Origin: Trichoplax sp. H2
Taxonomy: Eukaryota
DNA length: 64,000 bases
Assembly (NCBI GenBank): GCA_003344405.1
Contig: NOWV01000170.1
Coordinates: 1 to 64,000, forward strand
Direction of reading: 5' to 3'
Of the stretch, positions 13,396-32,200 are shown in pieces (within the stretch, counting starts at the first letter, position 1; each line of letters opens with the position of its first letter). Below the pieces are notes generated by a model, which was not told the origin of the DNA, made no database searches, and saw only the letters and a list, made by a program, of their open reading frames with translations. Made by a program: the position numbers and the translations under genes.

Positions 13396-16314
13396 TTCTA
13401 TGAACGAAAAGCAGATTTTAGTAACAATAATAATTTCTTATCACTACCATTATAAAAAATGAAGCGTTTTTTACTAAATCGATAGAAAGATAACATTTAT
13501 ATATTACACACTATACAGAGTTAGTCAATGTAAACAAGCTTACATTGTCAGATTTACGAAATAAAAATAGTCAATGATCACCTAGCTGATCGCTTACATG
13601 TTATCGATCAAAATATCTATACTATACGAGTACATACTCGTATATCGTATGTCATGAAATTTCTACTTAATCCTTCTAGTACTATACATAGTATCATACA
13701 CGATGCATTGGCTCTTTCGTTGGGTTTTAATATAATGAAGGTATACGTATGCAATTTTTACGAGATACCAGTAGCTCTATAGCCGTAAAGATAAGTGTCA
13801 ATGAATAAACAATCGCGAATTTAATGAGAACAATTTCATCTAAGACATTTTACGAGTATTTGTATCGACAAACGCTCAAATTTATAGTGCTATCAAATAT
13901 CAATAATAATAACGAGTACGAGTATTCAAAGAGCACGCTACTGATTTTCCTTATGTAGTCGCTACGATTTTATAATTTAACATGAGAGATGTTACTATTT
14001 TGAGTTACATTACAGATAAATATTGAGGAAGACAGGCGTGATAGTAAAGTCGTAGCTTTGATTTCTCACTGTAAATCTGATTTTAGAAAAAGATAATATA
14101 AAGTTGAAGAAGAAACATAATATATTTTCCTCGTTTCATGACCGGCTTTAATGTAAAACTTCAATAGTTAGACATTGAACGATATGGTTAATCAGCTGAT
14201 ATTAACATCTACATATGCTTATATAATCTCATAAATATTCGTATATAAAATTAAATGTAAATTGCCCTCGATCCCTCTCTTTTAAGCTGACCTAAGCGAA
14301 ATCTTGTTACAGTCTAAAATGAATAGTGTTCAATTAAAATATAATACGGTACAAAACATTCTCTTGCACTTTTAAACGCGATGATAGTATAGCAAATAAT
14401 ACCATACTCTTGTACTTTGTTTTTGAATAATTTTAAAATTGACGGTCACAAAACGAGTTTTGGCAGTGATTTCTTGTTTTGGTAAACTTGAATTTTTCCT
14501 ATAGTAATAATCTGTTTCATTTTGCATTCGAATTTATTTCTATACTATCTACCATTTTCGCATGTTATGATATATGTTTTACAGTCTAATGTAATGCGAT
14601 CCTAATACTTAATATATTTTCATGATAGCGATTCATCCTCCGATATTTCTAATTTCTTTCGGACACCGATAACTAGTATATTCTGCTTAATGAACTCTTG
14701 ACATACCCTATTAACGGACTGTCAGTATTTATCTATTGCTCTCTGGTTAGATAAAAATTGTGCTTATTGTGTTTCTATTGTTCTATAAATACACGTTGAA
14801 GTAACTACTGTGAAAGTTGTCTTTGAGTATGAAGTTTTTAGTGTGTATTTCCCGCTTTCGGTTGTTTGATGAAGTTGTTACAATAAAGTACCAGTATTAT
14901 TGAAGAGCTATTTTGTTAGTATTTTCCTGAGCGATTCGTACCGTATTTTACACTGTTATTTTTCCACTAAGTGTTATAAATCATGATTTGTGTCATTGGT
15001 GCCAAAGATTGCAGCCCAACAATAAATTCGCTTTGTTACATAAACACTTGCAACATTTCTTTACTTAACTAAAATATAATTTATAGTTTGATTGGTTGAC
15101 TTATGCAAGATATGGTATGCGCTAGAATGCTTAAACACAATCTAGAATAATATACATGTTAAACGTATCTAATTACGGATGATCGGCTTAATACTCTTAG
15201 CTTAAGCGATTTAGACAGATCAGAATAACGCTGAATAGCACTGTATACAAGCATATAAGCGAAATAGCGTCGAAAGCAACCTGAAGTTTGTACTATGTGT
15301 ACAGTAAGAGTACCCAGTTATGCACTTGCGACTTGGCTACTCTTGAATAAAGTTTTGTATTAATAATACTTCTCATTTGCGATTGCGATTGTTGTAGACC
15401 GTTAGACTGAATATAGGCAGTCCTAACTAATTTAGTAGACAAACTATTTTATTTAAGAATATCAAGTCATTACAAAAAACTGTATTTCTTTCTAAAAAGT
15501 TAGTAGTATACTGTATTTAATCACACATTTCGATATACTCGTATTCCAACACTCAGCGCTATCAACCACTCTTGTAATTACAGAATAAGATAAAATTCCT
15601 TCGCATAGCTGAGAAACTGCATATAAACTATTATTTTATTTAATGCTTAGATGTACGTTGTAGTATGGTTTAACGTAAGTCAACCACAGGACTTGAGCTA
15701 CCTCAGTTTTATTTCAAACAGTAAAGGATTACTACTCCTACTCTCTCATGAAATTACAAAAACAGTTAAAACTGCGTTCCATAATTATAATTACAATAAC
15801 TCATTAGTTATTTTTAGTTGCGTCAGCATTAATTCTATAGAAATGGATGCAGATATAAATGGATTTTAGACTTGATATATAGCAAACTATCGTTACCTTA
15901 ATAGGCAGTCTGCGATGTAGTAGCTTAACTTACGTTTATTTGTTAAAAATTTTGTTAATATTGCCTGAATGTGAGACTGATTCTCTTTGGAGATTGTAGA
16001 AGAGTATGCTAGCATTATATAAGTACGTTCATAATTAATTGACTATTTGTATCATTGCTGATACGTAAGTAAATACTTAACGTGATATTGCGATATGTAA
16101 TGGCTTATATAATATGGCTTGACTAAAACTTGCTGACTATATACACATCAAAATGTAATAAACTTTAAATCCAACGAAATATCAAAAGATATTTATAGTA
16201 TTTATTACAATCAAGTAGTCCAGTAACGGCTTCTACTGATATCAAGATGGCGCATATAGCCATCTACTTTTCTATGTGCGGCATAGACAACGACAGATTA
16301 CATTATTCATTAGT

Positions 16315-17980
16315 CTTGTGATATGACCGATTATGAAAATCCCAAATTTATAGAAAATTGTAAAGATAATTTATATGCATGGCTCTACTCTGGCCAAATA
16401 TAGCTACTACACACTTCTAAAAAGAACTATTTTCGTAACATTTGCAGCTATAATCAGCATGGCAACATTCTACCATATTTTAAACATATTCAGATTATTA
16501 TTAGTAAGAATATTTTACAGCGGACAATCATTAATCCGATATGGAAAATTCTACAGTATTTACATAGATATTAGTTCTATCAGCCAGAGTACGATGAATT
16601 AACTATATCCTAATATATGAATTACACTTTAGTATAGAATCTTCCACTACAGTCTACGGTCATAAGCTATTAAATATGTCTTAAGATAAATATAGAAAAT
16701 GGCGTTACCGTACATCATACTAAACATGGCTAATAGTGTATAATCTCAATATTAACTTACGTTACAAGTTTATAACGTTATTTTAATCTGTAAGATAGAT
16801 AAAATATCTTTAGTAATATAGAATCTCCCATACTAATACTAATAACTATTTGAGTTAATCTTGCTAATACTAAGACATTACAGTAACTAATCTACACAAA
16901 AATCTATCAACATAAATTATTTAGTCAATGTTGCCCTAACTAAAAGATTTATTAGCGTCAGACAATATAAATATAAGAATTAAATATGTTACTTCAACTT
17001 CTAAGCCTTTTAACAGTTATAAATCGAGATTAGATCCGTGACTTACCGAATGGGACTTTGAATTACAGTGAGGCTTCAGTAGAAACATCAAAATGAAGAC
17101 GTCTTAATCTAACGGCCGATATTTATAGACTCCGCTAGATATGAACAATAGTAAACAAGCATTTCTGTTCAGAAATTATCAGTAGGTAATTTATTCCCGG
17201 GAGTATACGTACAATTCCCTAAAGATATACAACTTGAAGTAGAAGAATCAATACGGTAATAGTCGAAATACGAATGTCTATTCAGAAATTATCAGCAGGT
17301 AATTTATTCCCGGGAGTATACGTACAATTCCCTAGAGATATACAACTTGAAGTAGAAGAATCAATACGGTAATAGTCGAAATACGAATGTCTATTAAATG
17401 TTGTGATATATACCAATCACGAAATTCCAAATTTTAGAAAATAAGGGCTTTATTGAATCTTATACAAAGATTAACTACACAGCTCTACTCTAGCCGAATA
17501 CTACTTCTAAAGACTTCTACAACGAACTAACAGAATAATCTAAAGTTGCATGCTTTTATGCTTTCCGTAGCATTCGCAGCTACAATCCGCATGGCAACCT
17601 TTTACCTTATTTTACACATAGTTAAATTATTCTTAGTAAGACTATTCTACTGCGGACCATCATTAATCCAATATGGATACGACTACAGTACTTATGTAGA
17701 CATTATTCACACCAGCCAAAGTACAATGAATTAACCATATCCTAATATATGATTTACAGTTCTATTTTTACCTATAGCCATATTAGTAACTAAACAGCTT
17801 ACTGTATATAGTCATCTGTACTCTAGCATAGCGTCTCTACCACTACAGTCTATAGTTACAGCTACCAAATATCTCTTAGGATAAATATCTACCTTACATT
17901 ATACTACACATGGCTAACAGTCTACAATCACAATACTAAGTTACATTACAAATGTATAAGTCGCGTTATTTTAATTATAA
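16315..17980. repeat. Diverged direct duplication (~16315-16790 vs ~17400-17980)
   Basis: About 80% identical blocks, e.g. CATTTGCAGCTATAATCAGCATGGCAAC vs CATTCGCAGCTACAATCCGCATGGCAAC. Confidence 0.8.
17167..17395. repeat. Two tandem ~114-bp copies
   Basis: TTCAGAAATTATCAG(T/C)AGGTAATTTATTCCCGGGAGTATACG...GAATGTCTA occurs twice in tandem. Confidence 0.9.
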
Positions 17981-18339
17981 ATACTGCAAACTCCCGTCAC
18001 TAGTGCAAACTCCCGTCGCTTTGCTGACGGTTTACGATAATGTGCTCATTCAACAGATAGTATTACCATTTTGGAAGCTTAGTAGAGAAAGTATCATTTT
18101 AAAAATACATTATTTACAGCAGTCAAGGTTAAATTTTGCTTCATATTTTATTACGTTTTTACACAACATCGACGCGTTTAACGATCAAGCTACCACCCAT
18201 TTATAGGATTACCTATATCATTACGCACTGTTCGAAAAGTATTTGTTGACTTCACAATTTCTATAGCATGTCTGGAGATTACAACAGGTGAGTTGTTAAA
18301 CGATAAAGCTACTATGATCAATACTGCTCTATATCTTAA

Positions 18340-18570
18340 CAATCCTCAAAGGTTGTTGAATTGTTATGCTAATACGAAATTACTTTAATTCCCAAATGCT
18401 ATTGAATTGTTATGCTAATACGAAATCATATTGAACCCCAAAAGTCATTAAATTACGATGTTATTACGAAATCACGGCAATCCCCGAAAGTTAATTGAAT
18501 TATGATGTTAATACGAAATCACTTTTAACCCCTAACAGTTATTAAATTATGACACTAGTACAAAATCACC
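18340..18570. repeat. ~46-bp minisatellite (second copy at ~19255-19530)
   Basis: TTGTTATGCTAATACGAAAT occurs at 18361 and 18407. There are 5-6 degenerate units. Confidence 0.85.
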
Positions 18571-21500
18571 ATATCTGACCGAAGAGAGTTGTTAGTTTCG
18601 TCTGNNNNNNNNNNNNNNNNNNNNCTTACCGAATGGGACTTTGAATTACAGTGAGGCTTCAGTAGAAACATCAAAATGAAGACGTCTTAATCTAACGGCC
18701 GATATTTATAGACTCCGCTAGATATGAACAATAGTAAACAAGCATTTCTGTTCAGAAATTATCAGCAGGTAATTTATTCCCGGGAGTATACGTACAATTC
18801 CCTAAAGATATACAACTTGAAGTAGAAGAATCAATACGGTAATAGTCGAAATACGAATGTCTATTAAATGTATAAGTCGCGTTATTTTAATTATAAATAT
18901 AAAAACTGGTGTTTCATATTATAAAAACCACAACACAGTGTTGATTTTCAAATGCAAAGGTATACTAGAATATTTTTGACGTAACTGGAAGCTTAGTAGA
19001 GAAAGTATCATTTTAAAAATACATTATTTACAGCAGTCAAGGTTAAATTTTGCTTCATATTTTATTACGTTTTTACACAACATCGACGCGTTTAACGATC
19101 AAGCTGCCACCCATTTATAGGATTACCTATATCATTACGCATTGTTCGAAAAGTATTTGTTGACCTCACAATTTCTATAGCATGTCTGGAGATTACAACA
19201 GGTGAGTTGTTAAACGATAAAGCTACTATGATCAATACTGCTCTATATCTTAACAATCCTCAAAGGTTGTTGAATTATGCTAATACGAAATCACTTTGAT
19301 CCCCAAAAGTTATTGAATTGTTATGCTAATACGAAATTACTTTAATTCCCAAATGCTATTGAATTGTTATGCTAATACGAAATCACATTGAACCCCAAAA
19401 GTCATTAAATTACGATGTTATTACGAAATCACGGCAATCCCCGAAAGTTAATTGAATTATGATGTTAATACGAAATCACTTTTAACCCCTAACAGTTATT
19501 AAATTATGACACTAGTACAAAATCACCATATCTGACCGAAGAGAGTTGTTAGTTTCGTCTGAAATAAATTATTGCTATACTATTCTAAAATCTTGTAATA
19601 AAAGTATTTTCGAAAATTAAATTTGACGAAGACAGTTATTTGTGAGCTACTTTCATCACAATGATTATCAGCTCGGTTATTTTTTTAACGATTAGTTAGC
19701 TTTGTAAAGTTAGCATTAATTAGATGACGTTGTAAATAAGTCCATTACTTTGGAAAATTATTTGACTGAGTAAATGTGACCTAATAGTTACGTTACTATA
19801 GGTCATAATTATTCAATACTGCTAATTACATTTTATCTTCGCATGGCATTTTTATGTCTGGCTGCGATATAAAGAGTAGAAATTGAATAGAGTCAATTCA
19901 ATCAGCAGAACAAGTAGAAGTGAAAAGACAATACATTAATATACCGAAGCCAATAAGACCGTTGTAAAAATTGTATTCTAGCTTTAACTACTTGTGTCAC
20001 AATTATCATAAAATTGGGATAAATATCACTTAAAATTTATTTATTAATATTTTCTTAATGCCGATATAGACTCATTGATTCTGTTGTAAAAGAATGTGGA
20101 TAATTCTATGTAGATTTAAATACGAAATGGCCCAAATTCGAGTAAGGAAAATAATTCTTATCCAATTTCACTAAATTGAATTGTCATTTAAAGAAGTCAT
20201 GTTAATTATGCTAATACTAACGATTCTAGATTATTGTATTTACGATTTTGAGCAAAGAATTGATCCTTTATTTCGTATTTTATTTTACATAACAAATGTA
20301 TTCCCAGAACCATCTTATCTTTGTATTATTGTTATTCCTGTAATTTTAAAAAGCTATTCAGTAATTAATCATTACACTTTAATAATACCATTAATTTCAT
20401 ATCTGATTCCAACGACTGTCAGTAATAGTTATTAAGTTTATAAGCTTTCCACATTGAATCTTTAGCTTTGCAAAGAGAAATTATCTAAGGTGCTCCTTGA
20501 CTGCTGTTTCTGATAAAATTTGTGATATGACATTGATATTACCAAGACAGCAGGCTGGAAATGTAGAGTACTCTTGCGAATTGACGTAGTTATTAACAAC
20601 GCCGAGTTAACTCCTATGTCGCAGGAATAGTTATGGTAATCTATTTTCGTAAAAATAAAATCGTAATGATTTTCAATACGATATATGATAAACCAGATGA
20701 CAAATTACTGTAAGTACCCAACTCTAGATGGAAGAGCTATAACCCCTAAATGACTTACAATATAATCTCAAATTAATTTTCATCTACTTTTTATCTACAA
20801 ACGTCTTTTGGCTAGTAGAACGAGCTCTCCTGCTATAATCATTATTGATAGCGAACTAAAAATAAAGTGTTCTATGTTTTCCACTCCTTTTCTGATGAAA
20901 TTCGCCTATCGTATTTTATACTATTGCTATATTTAAGATGTGATCACTTCTCTGTATTGGATAGATTGATCATATATTATATTCTACTGTTATCGTAGGT
21001 TTACCTGTTATAGTATACAATAACATTGATTTGTTAGTGTCATACTAGTGTATATTTTTACAATAATTGTTGTTATTTGTGAGACCATCCACAATATAGA
21101 TTATAAGCTCTATTATGAAATAATCGTACTAAGTTATTAACTTTGTCTCTCATAGTAATCTGTAGGTACCTTAATCTGTTTGCGCTAAACTTGTCTACTT
21201 GTCAACAGAGTAAGAGAATGCGATTTAAATGAGCGCATCTCTTACCTTACCAGGAATTTTTTTCCTGCTGTTCCCTCTAAATATTGTCTATGTTCTTTAG
21301 GTTAAATAAACGTAGTCATTCAATTTCTTCTCAACCCTGTTCTCTGAGATTTAACCTTGTTACAAATACCGACGTTGTGTGACATTGCCCTATTCGATAA
21401 TGTTTTCTCTAACCGACCCAAGACCGTATTATGCACCATGATGCAGTGGCATTCTTTCCTAGACGACTTAGGTAGACCTTGGATCGTAAAACCTAGTAAT

Positions 21501-22760
21501 TATTGCAAAATTTAGTGATAATGCTAACATTAGGTGTTTAGTTAGCTAGTATTCGGTCAGTTCAGAATGCATACAGTCAAAATGTTATATTTACATAATT
21601 CTCTATCGTGCCATACGACGTAATATACTTTCGTTAATTTTGCTAAATTTCCAAATTATTATTTAATATCATTCAAAGGTGTAGTTTAAAGTGAGATACT
21701 CTACTTATTTCACTTTGTACTGAAGAGTAGCATTTAGTAAGCATTGAAAACTTTAAAGAATTAATGATAGTGTAAATATTTCATAATATTAAACTTTTTA
21801 ACTCTAACTTAACTCTAACTTTTAACTTTGTGCATTCGGAATTAGCCTAGTTAATTATACTACTCAATTTAACTTTTTTAGAAGTAGTAAGTAGACCGGT
21901 GTCGTACTTACATTAAAGAAGAAAAATATTTTAAGATAACTTTAAAAAGTTTTGAAAGGGCATTACACTGTAAGAGCTGCGTCCCTAGCTACAGTATATA
22001 TGCAATTAGTAGCCAAGAAATATTGGCAATTAAACCAATGTAGAAGTTTATAAACATGAAGACTATGTCTTACATAATTACACACTCGTCTTCATGTTCT
22101 GGTGATCACAAACAAAAAGTCTTGTAATCGTATCGATTAAAGTTTGCTATTTAGTTCTGTATCTCAATAAGCCTATTTGGATCAAACCGAACTGTAAATT
22201 GGGCTCATACTCGTATACAATAAGTACAATAGCTACATTATTATTTACCAGCTTGAATTAAATACAATTTATTAACCTATATCTGCTCTATTGTCTCAAA
22301 TGTAATGATAATAATAATGATTGGAACAATTAACATCAACTTCATTCCTCTGTGCGCATAAAATCTGTGATTAGGTAAGGGTATAGCCAAACAGCCAATA
22401 TTGATAGGTCAGCTTTTTCACAATGATAAACAAGAGAAGTGCTTTCAAGATGCCATATGATGCCACCTATCCTAAAATTTATGGTAGTAAGGATAATTAA
22501 TTATTAAATCTTACCCTACGAATATGTTATAAACTTGACGCGTACGAGATGAAAGTGCTTTTAAGATGCTGTATGATACCATATACCAGTATCCTGAAAT
22601 TTGTGATAGTAACAGTAATTATTATATTTTACCATACAAATACGTTTAAAAGTTGACACATACGAGAGTGCCGACTCTAAAAGTTGACGACAAGAAAATA
22701 AATTAGAAGAGAAGAGAAATCCGGGCGAGGAAAGCAAACTTACTATTGTTTCGATCATCT

Positions 22761-23389
22761 TTTCAGTTTATTAGTATTCTATTGTAGCATCTCATAGAGT
22801 GGCGATTTCTCTTAAGAGCTTACTGTAAAAATACGCCGATTATTCGTTTCTTGTCACTGAAGCAGCGTTAAAATACCGTTGTCTGTCTAAAAGTAGACGA
22901 CAGCTTATTCTTTTATCCAAACATAATAGAAATTTGATAATTATAATGTGCCGTATCGCGAACTTTGAAATTTGAAATGGCTGATGTTGAAAAATAAAGA
23001 AAAATTATTATTCTGATATTTACTGTTTTTATTCTTGAGGTTCTGCTATCATATTGAGATACAAATACGAATAGAATCAAAAATTTCAAATTTATTTAAT
23101 TGATATATAATAGCTTGAACCGCAAGGCTAAATTAGGTTCTGACTTGTGACTGAGATTTTAGCAATAAGACAATGGACTGCATATAATATTATAATTATC
23201 AATTGTCCGGCTTACAGTTGATAGTTTAATAATATAGTTATAGTAGACGAATTTAAAAAATAGTAGCAAATAATTCTGTAGCAGTAAAATCTGTTATTAG
23301 GATTTCACTTCATACGTAGAACTGATATATTTATATTATCTTCTGTAGCGATTTGTAAGACGCACGATTTTTTATAGCGATAAGACTGC
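22761..23389 (+). repeat. ~630-bp inverted repeat, left arm (partner 39946-40568)
   Basis: Reverse complement of 39946-40568 along its whole length, e.g. CTTAAGAGCTTACTGTAAAAATACGCCGATTATTCG vs CGAATAATCGGCGTATTTTTACAGTAAGCTCTTAAG. Scattered substitutions and a small indel. Confidence 0.95.
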
Positions 23390-23527
23390 ACAGTCACATT
23401 ATAAAATAGTAATCACAGTACTGCAGGAAGAAAGTTTTAATCTTCTATAGAGCAAAAATCTCAATCATGGAAGTGATGACTGTGATTGGCATAGCCATCG
23501 GATCTGATATTGGGGTCAACGTAGTAA

Positions 23528-28397
<4,870 letters not shown>

Positions 28398-29268
28398 GAT
28401 TGCAGTTTTTCCCAAGATGAGCAAAGGTTCCCTCATTGGGTAGGTGGAAGTTTGATCCCTTGCACGGTCTTCTATGAGAGTTGTAGTACCCTACAGTGTA
28501 CAGGCTGGGTGTGCAAAATGAATTGTCATGCTATTTTCCATTTATGCCATACCATCAATATAAGGTATTCATTCAGTGGGTGACAACTTATTTTACGCAC
28601 TACGGTACCTGACTGTGCACTTGTACAGTACTATGTACTCGACGTTGGACAGTAGTAGTTCGCTAGCCGTGGTAGTGGTATCCGCTAGACTCGCAGTCTA
28701 AATCCACTTCTTCTAGGTCATGGATCGCACATTGTATGCCGATAGAATGAACAACATTTACTGGAAGCACTGCTCTGCTTTCACTGTCATTTCCAAGGCC
28801 AAGAGTCAAGATCCAAGTAAACATCGCTACCTTGGCCAATGAATTATTAGTGGTGTTGCATTTTACTGTAATTATTCCATTGAGGATTAGATGGACCAGA
28901 AATCAAACTACCTGCTTGATGAGATATCAACTACTGAATCATTAGCTAACAACAGTACATATAGTATGAAAGTCAATCGTGATTTTGAATCTCTATCATT
29001 TTAGTGCAGCCAGTCCCTGGTCTTTCGAGCAGGGCTCTACAGTGTACAGTACGCGGTACTGTAAGAAAAAGATCCATCGTACTCTGTCGCTAGACAACAA
29101 CAACGCAGCTGTTGCAGAAGCTGCAGCAAAGTTCTGGTTGCAAGTTGATCTTGGCTTGCAATTGCTGATGTGAGAATTCTACTTGATTCATCAGGCTCAT
29201 GGTAAGGCTGTTTGGGCTCCAAATTTCTTGTATTTTAGCTCTTAAAGACAGATATTAAGTATTCAATT
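28398..29268. promoter_or_regulatory. Putative bidirectional promoter / 5' UTR region between divergent MMUT and GTF3C4
   Basis: Start codons are head-to-head and 871 bp apart. The region is locally GC-richer than nearby introns. Position-based inference only. Confidence 0.55.
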
Positions 29269-32200
29269 ATGGAGGAAAAGGATGAGAACTTGCCAATCGT
29301 CCAAACTATCACCGAAACACGGCTAGGAATGTATTTGAAATCGCGATTCTGTCTTGCATGGTCGCAAGATGGCAAATTAGCTCTTGTTTGCGATAAATCA
29401 ATACAGGTTCTAGTATCCTAACATTAGTCCTATGCAGTCATATTTACTCTCTGTAGTCTGTTAAAAATGATCGTAATCTGGCAGCACATACAGTTACTTT
29501 GTATAGAATAATGATGTCGTAGTATTTGCGATCTATCACGCTTTATGCTGTGGTTTCGCAGTGCATCACTAGCGAATTGATTTAAAACACCAACGTCCTT
29601 CAGTGAATAGGCACCCTTAAACAATAGTCCCATGATAAATTCCGACTCCGGTTTGCTTCGTATGTGGAAATATTCCACGATCAATCTGCAGCTTTACTCT
29701 AGTACTCGTTACGATGCAGTATAAAAATGAATAAGCGCCTATGCATCTACAGTTTACACTCGTAACAAAGTAAACTATACTTAGGCATATTGCGGACATT
29801 GTTTACATTTTGAGTACTCATATTTACATATGCGGAGATACTTCAAGGAAATTAATCTGGATCTTGCAGTGTTACTGCAATCATGCGTTTATGATATCAT
29901 TATTAAATTGATAAGTAAAAACAGTCATTGCTCAACGTATGCTAATTTTGACGAAGTAGTCTTACTTCGCACAATACGATGATTGTCCTTAACCAGATAT
30001 CTACTCATAGTCTTTTATGCATCAGTTGCATAATGTTACCAGCTCGTTGAGTTATATCAAGTCTACTGCTGCTTTGCCTAAAACATGGCCAACGGTCGAT
30101 CTCGGTACTGTCGATTATACAGGTATGTTGTGGGGTAGTCTGCAGGTTCCTTTTTGTCATTGTAATAAGTTTAATTTTTACTATTGATCTTGCATTCATG
30201 TTACTTTCAAATGCTCCACTTGTAATCACGTTAATTGAAAAGGCTTTATTTGTGTACCACACGTTAATATTTTTTTATTATATTGACTACTGTGTCCTTG
30301 ATTTAGGTATCCATGAGCATAGTTACGACGTTTATTCTCATGATAAATTCGATCCTGCATTTAATAGTAGCGATGCATCCGTTGATCATATAAAATGGTC
30401 TCCTGATTGTTGTTCTCAGTATCAAGAGTAAGCTTCTCTATTTTACTACCTAAACCTAACTACGATTATTTGCTTCCTAATTAAATTTTATTTTGACTGT
30501 GGTATACCAATTCTCCAGGTGCATATTAACTGTAATAACCTCTAATTACAAAATCTTATTCTACACACCTTCGCCTGTATTACATGGAATATGGGACATG
30601 GTACAGTACTGTATTTTAACAAGTTTTCCTTTGTAATGCAATTACATTAAGTTCAATCATGCGTGTACCCTAAAATTAGTAGCTAATCTTGCATGTTTTT
30701 CGATTGCTAGATGTTCGATATGTCGTCTTTAATACACGAAAAACTGAAAGCTTGTCATTATTCTTTTCTCTCTTATCTTAATGGAGTAAACCCGGAGACA
30801 CGCGAGGAAAAGTACATTATTAAGTTTGAACGAATTTAAAATTATTAAGCGTATGTACTGTTTCGCAGTAAGCAATAGCTAATATTATTCTTTTACTCCT
30901 TATAATATTTTCAATATATGGATGGTCGTACCAATAACCTTTGTGAAATAGTCAGGTTAGGATTAATGGTGGGAATCTACTTAAGAACCACTTTTAGTAA
31001 TTATCTAAAAGACACTTTATGTCTTATGTTTCTTTGCATTGGCTTCTTAAGATGCTAAATGGTTTACTTATCTCATAAATTAACTCTAATAAGTACTACC
31101 ACTGGATTAAAATTAGAATTGAATTTAAATCACTCAATTTAAATGCACTTTATCAATTATTTTATGAATTAGATCACTGATGCTGAATATCTAGGGAGAT
31201 GTTTTAAATTATCGCAAATTGGTAACAATTCTGATATTAAATACCTCCTTATTTAAAGTTTATGTTATTTCACCACTTAAATGAAATATTTAAACAATTG
31301 CGGATCAATCATAATATTTACTTATTTTTCTTTATAGATGCTGCTTGGTCTCCTATCAACTTCCCTTCAGGTATTAATTGAGCAACGATAATATTGTTTT
31401 TAGTATATGACACTTTCTTCTAGTGTGCAAGTTACAGCCATTTTAAGTTGTAATATATAACTGTGGCCATTATACTGATCGTAAAGGCTGCAGCAAGCCT
31501 ATAAATTAAAGTGTATTATACAGCAGTTATACCTGCAAGATTTTGTAATTGTATTCATGCTACGACAAACTTATTAGGCGAGAATTGTTCCATACTTGCA
31601 TCTGTAAATCGAAATAGAGAGCTATTAATATGGAAAATCAATATTCCATTTTATAGGTAATTAAGTATTTTTAATGATTCTTAATTGCATTATCGACCGA
31701 AAATTTTAATCAATATCGCAGATTTAGTTGCTTTAAACTTCAATGACCTTAAAGAAATGCGCTTTTTTCTCTTAGTAATAACAGTATAGAACTAGTCGGT
31801 TTTCATAGTCTCAACATCGAATCAGATCCATACCGTGTACAATGGATAATGGCAGGCGATCTTAAAGGTAAATGGTTAGATCTTATTTTGTAACAAAATC
31901 GCATCGGCTGAATTGTAGCTTGCAGACCTCAAGATTGTAACTATCTGTTATGCATTAGGTTACATCGCTATTTCATTTGGAGATGGACAGATTCAAGTTT
32001 ATTCTGTGTCTTTTGAAAATAAAAAATCTGGAGCAATTGTACACTCAATGGGTTGTCTTTGGCAAAGAGATTATATACCGGTTAATGAAATAATATTTCA
32101 CCAAGTACGTTACTGTTTGGGGCTGAAGTTTTCTTTTTTACGCCAACTTTTCTATGACGCAGTCTCTGCCTGCAGTTATTACTCTTATTAGCTACTGATT

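Larger units (their letters stand above)
17042..19561. repeat. Near-identical duplication across a gap (17042-18604 vs 18625-19561); probably two haplotypes assembled in tandem
   Basis: CTTACCGAATGGGACTTTG starts at both 17042 and 18625. Both copies end ...GAGAGTTGTTAGTTTCGTCTG. The gap is at 18605-18624. Confidence 0.85.

Noticed and set aside
16375-17734. Two similar hydrophobic ORFs (16375-16602, 17546-17734) as a small membrane-peptide family
   Set aside because: Over 54 aligned codons the differences fall about evenly on codon positions (about 9/10/12), and most change the amino acid. That is what a non-coding duplication would show.
18340-19530. 46-bp repeats with a conserved half and a variable half, superficially CRISPR-like
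   Set aside because: The variable parts are related to each other (all contain a CCC..AA core) and the repeats are degenerate. The context is eukaryotic with no cas genes, so this is a minisatellite.
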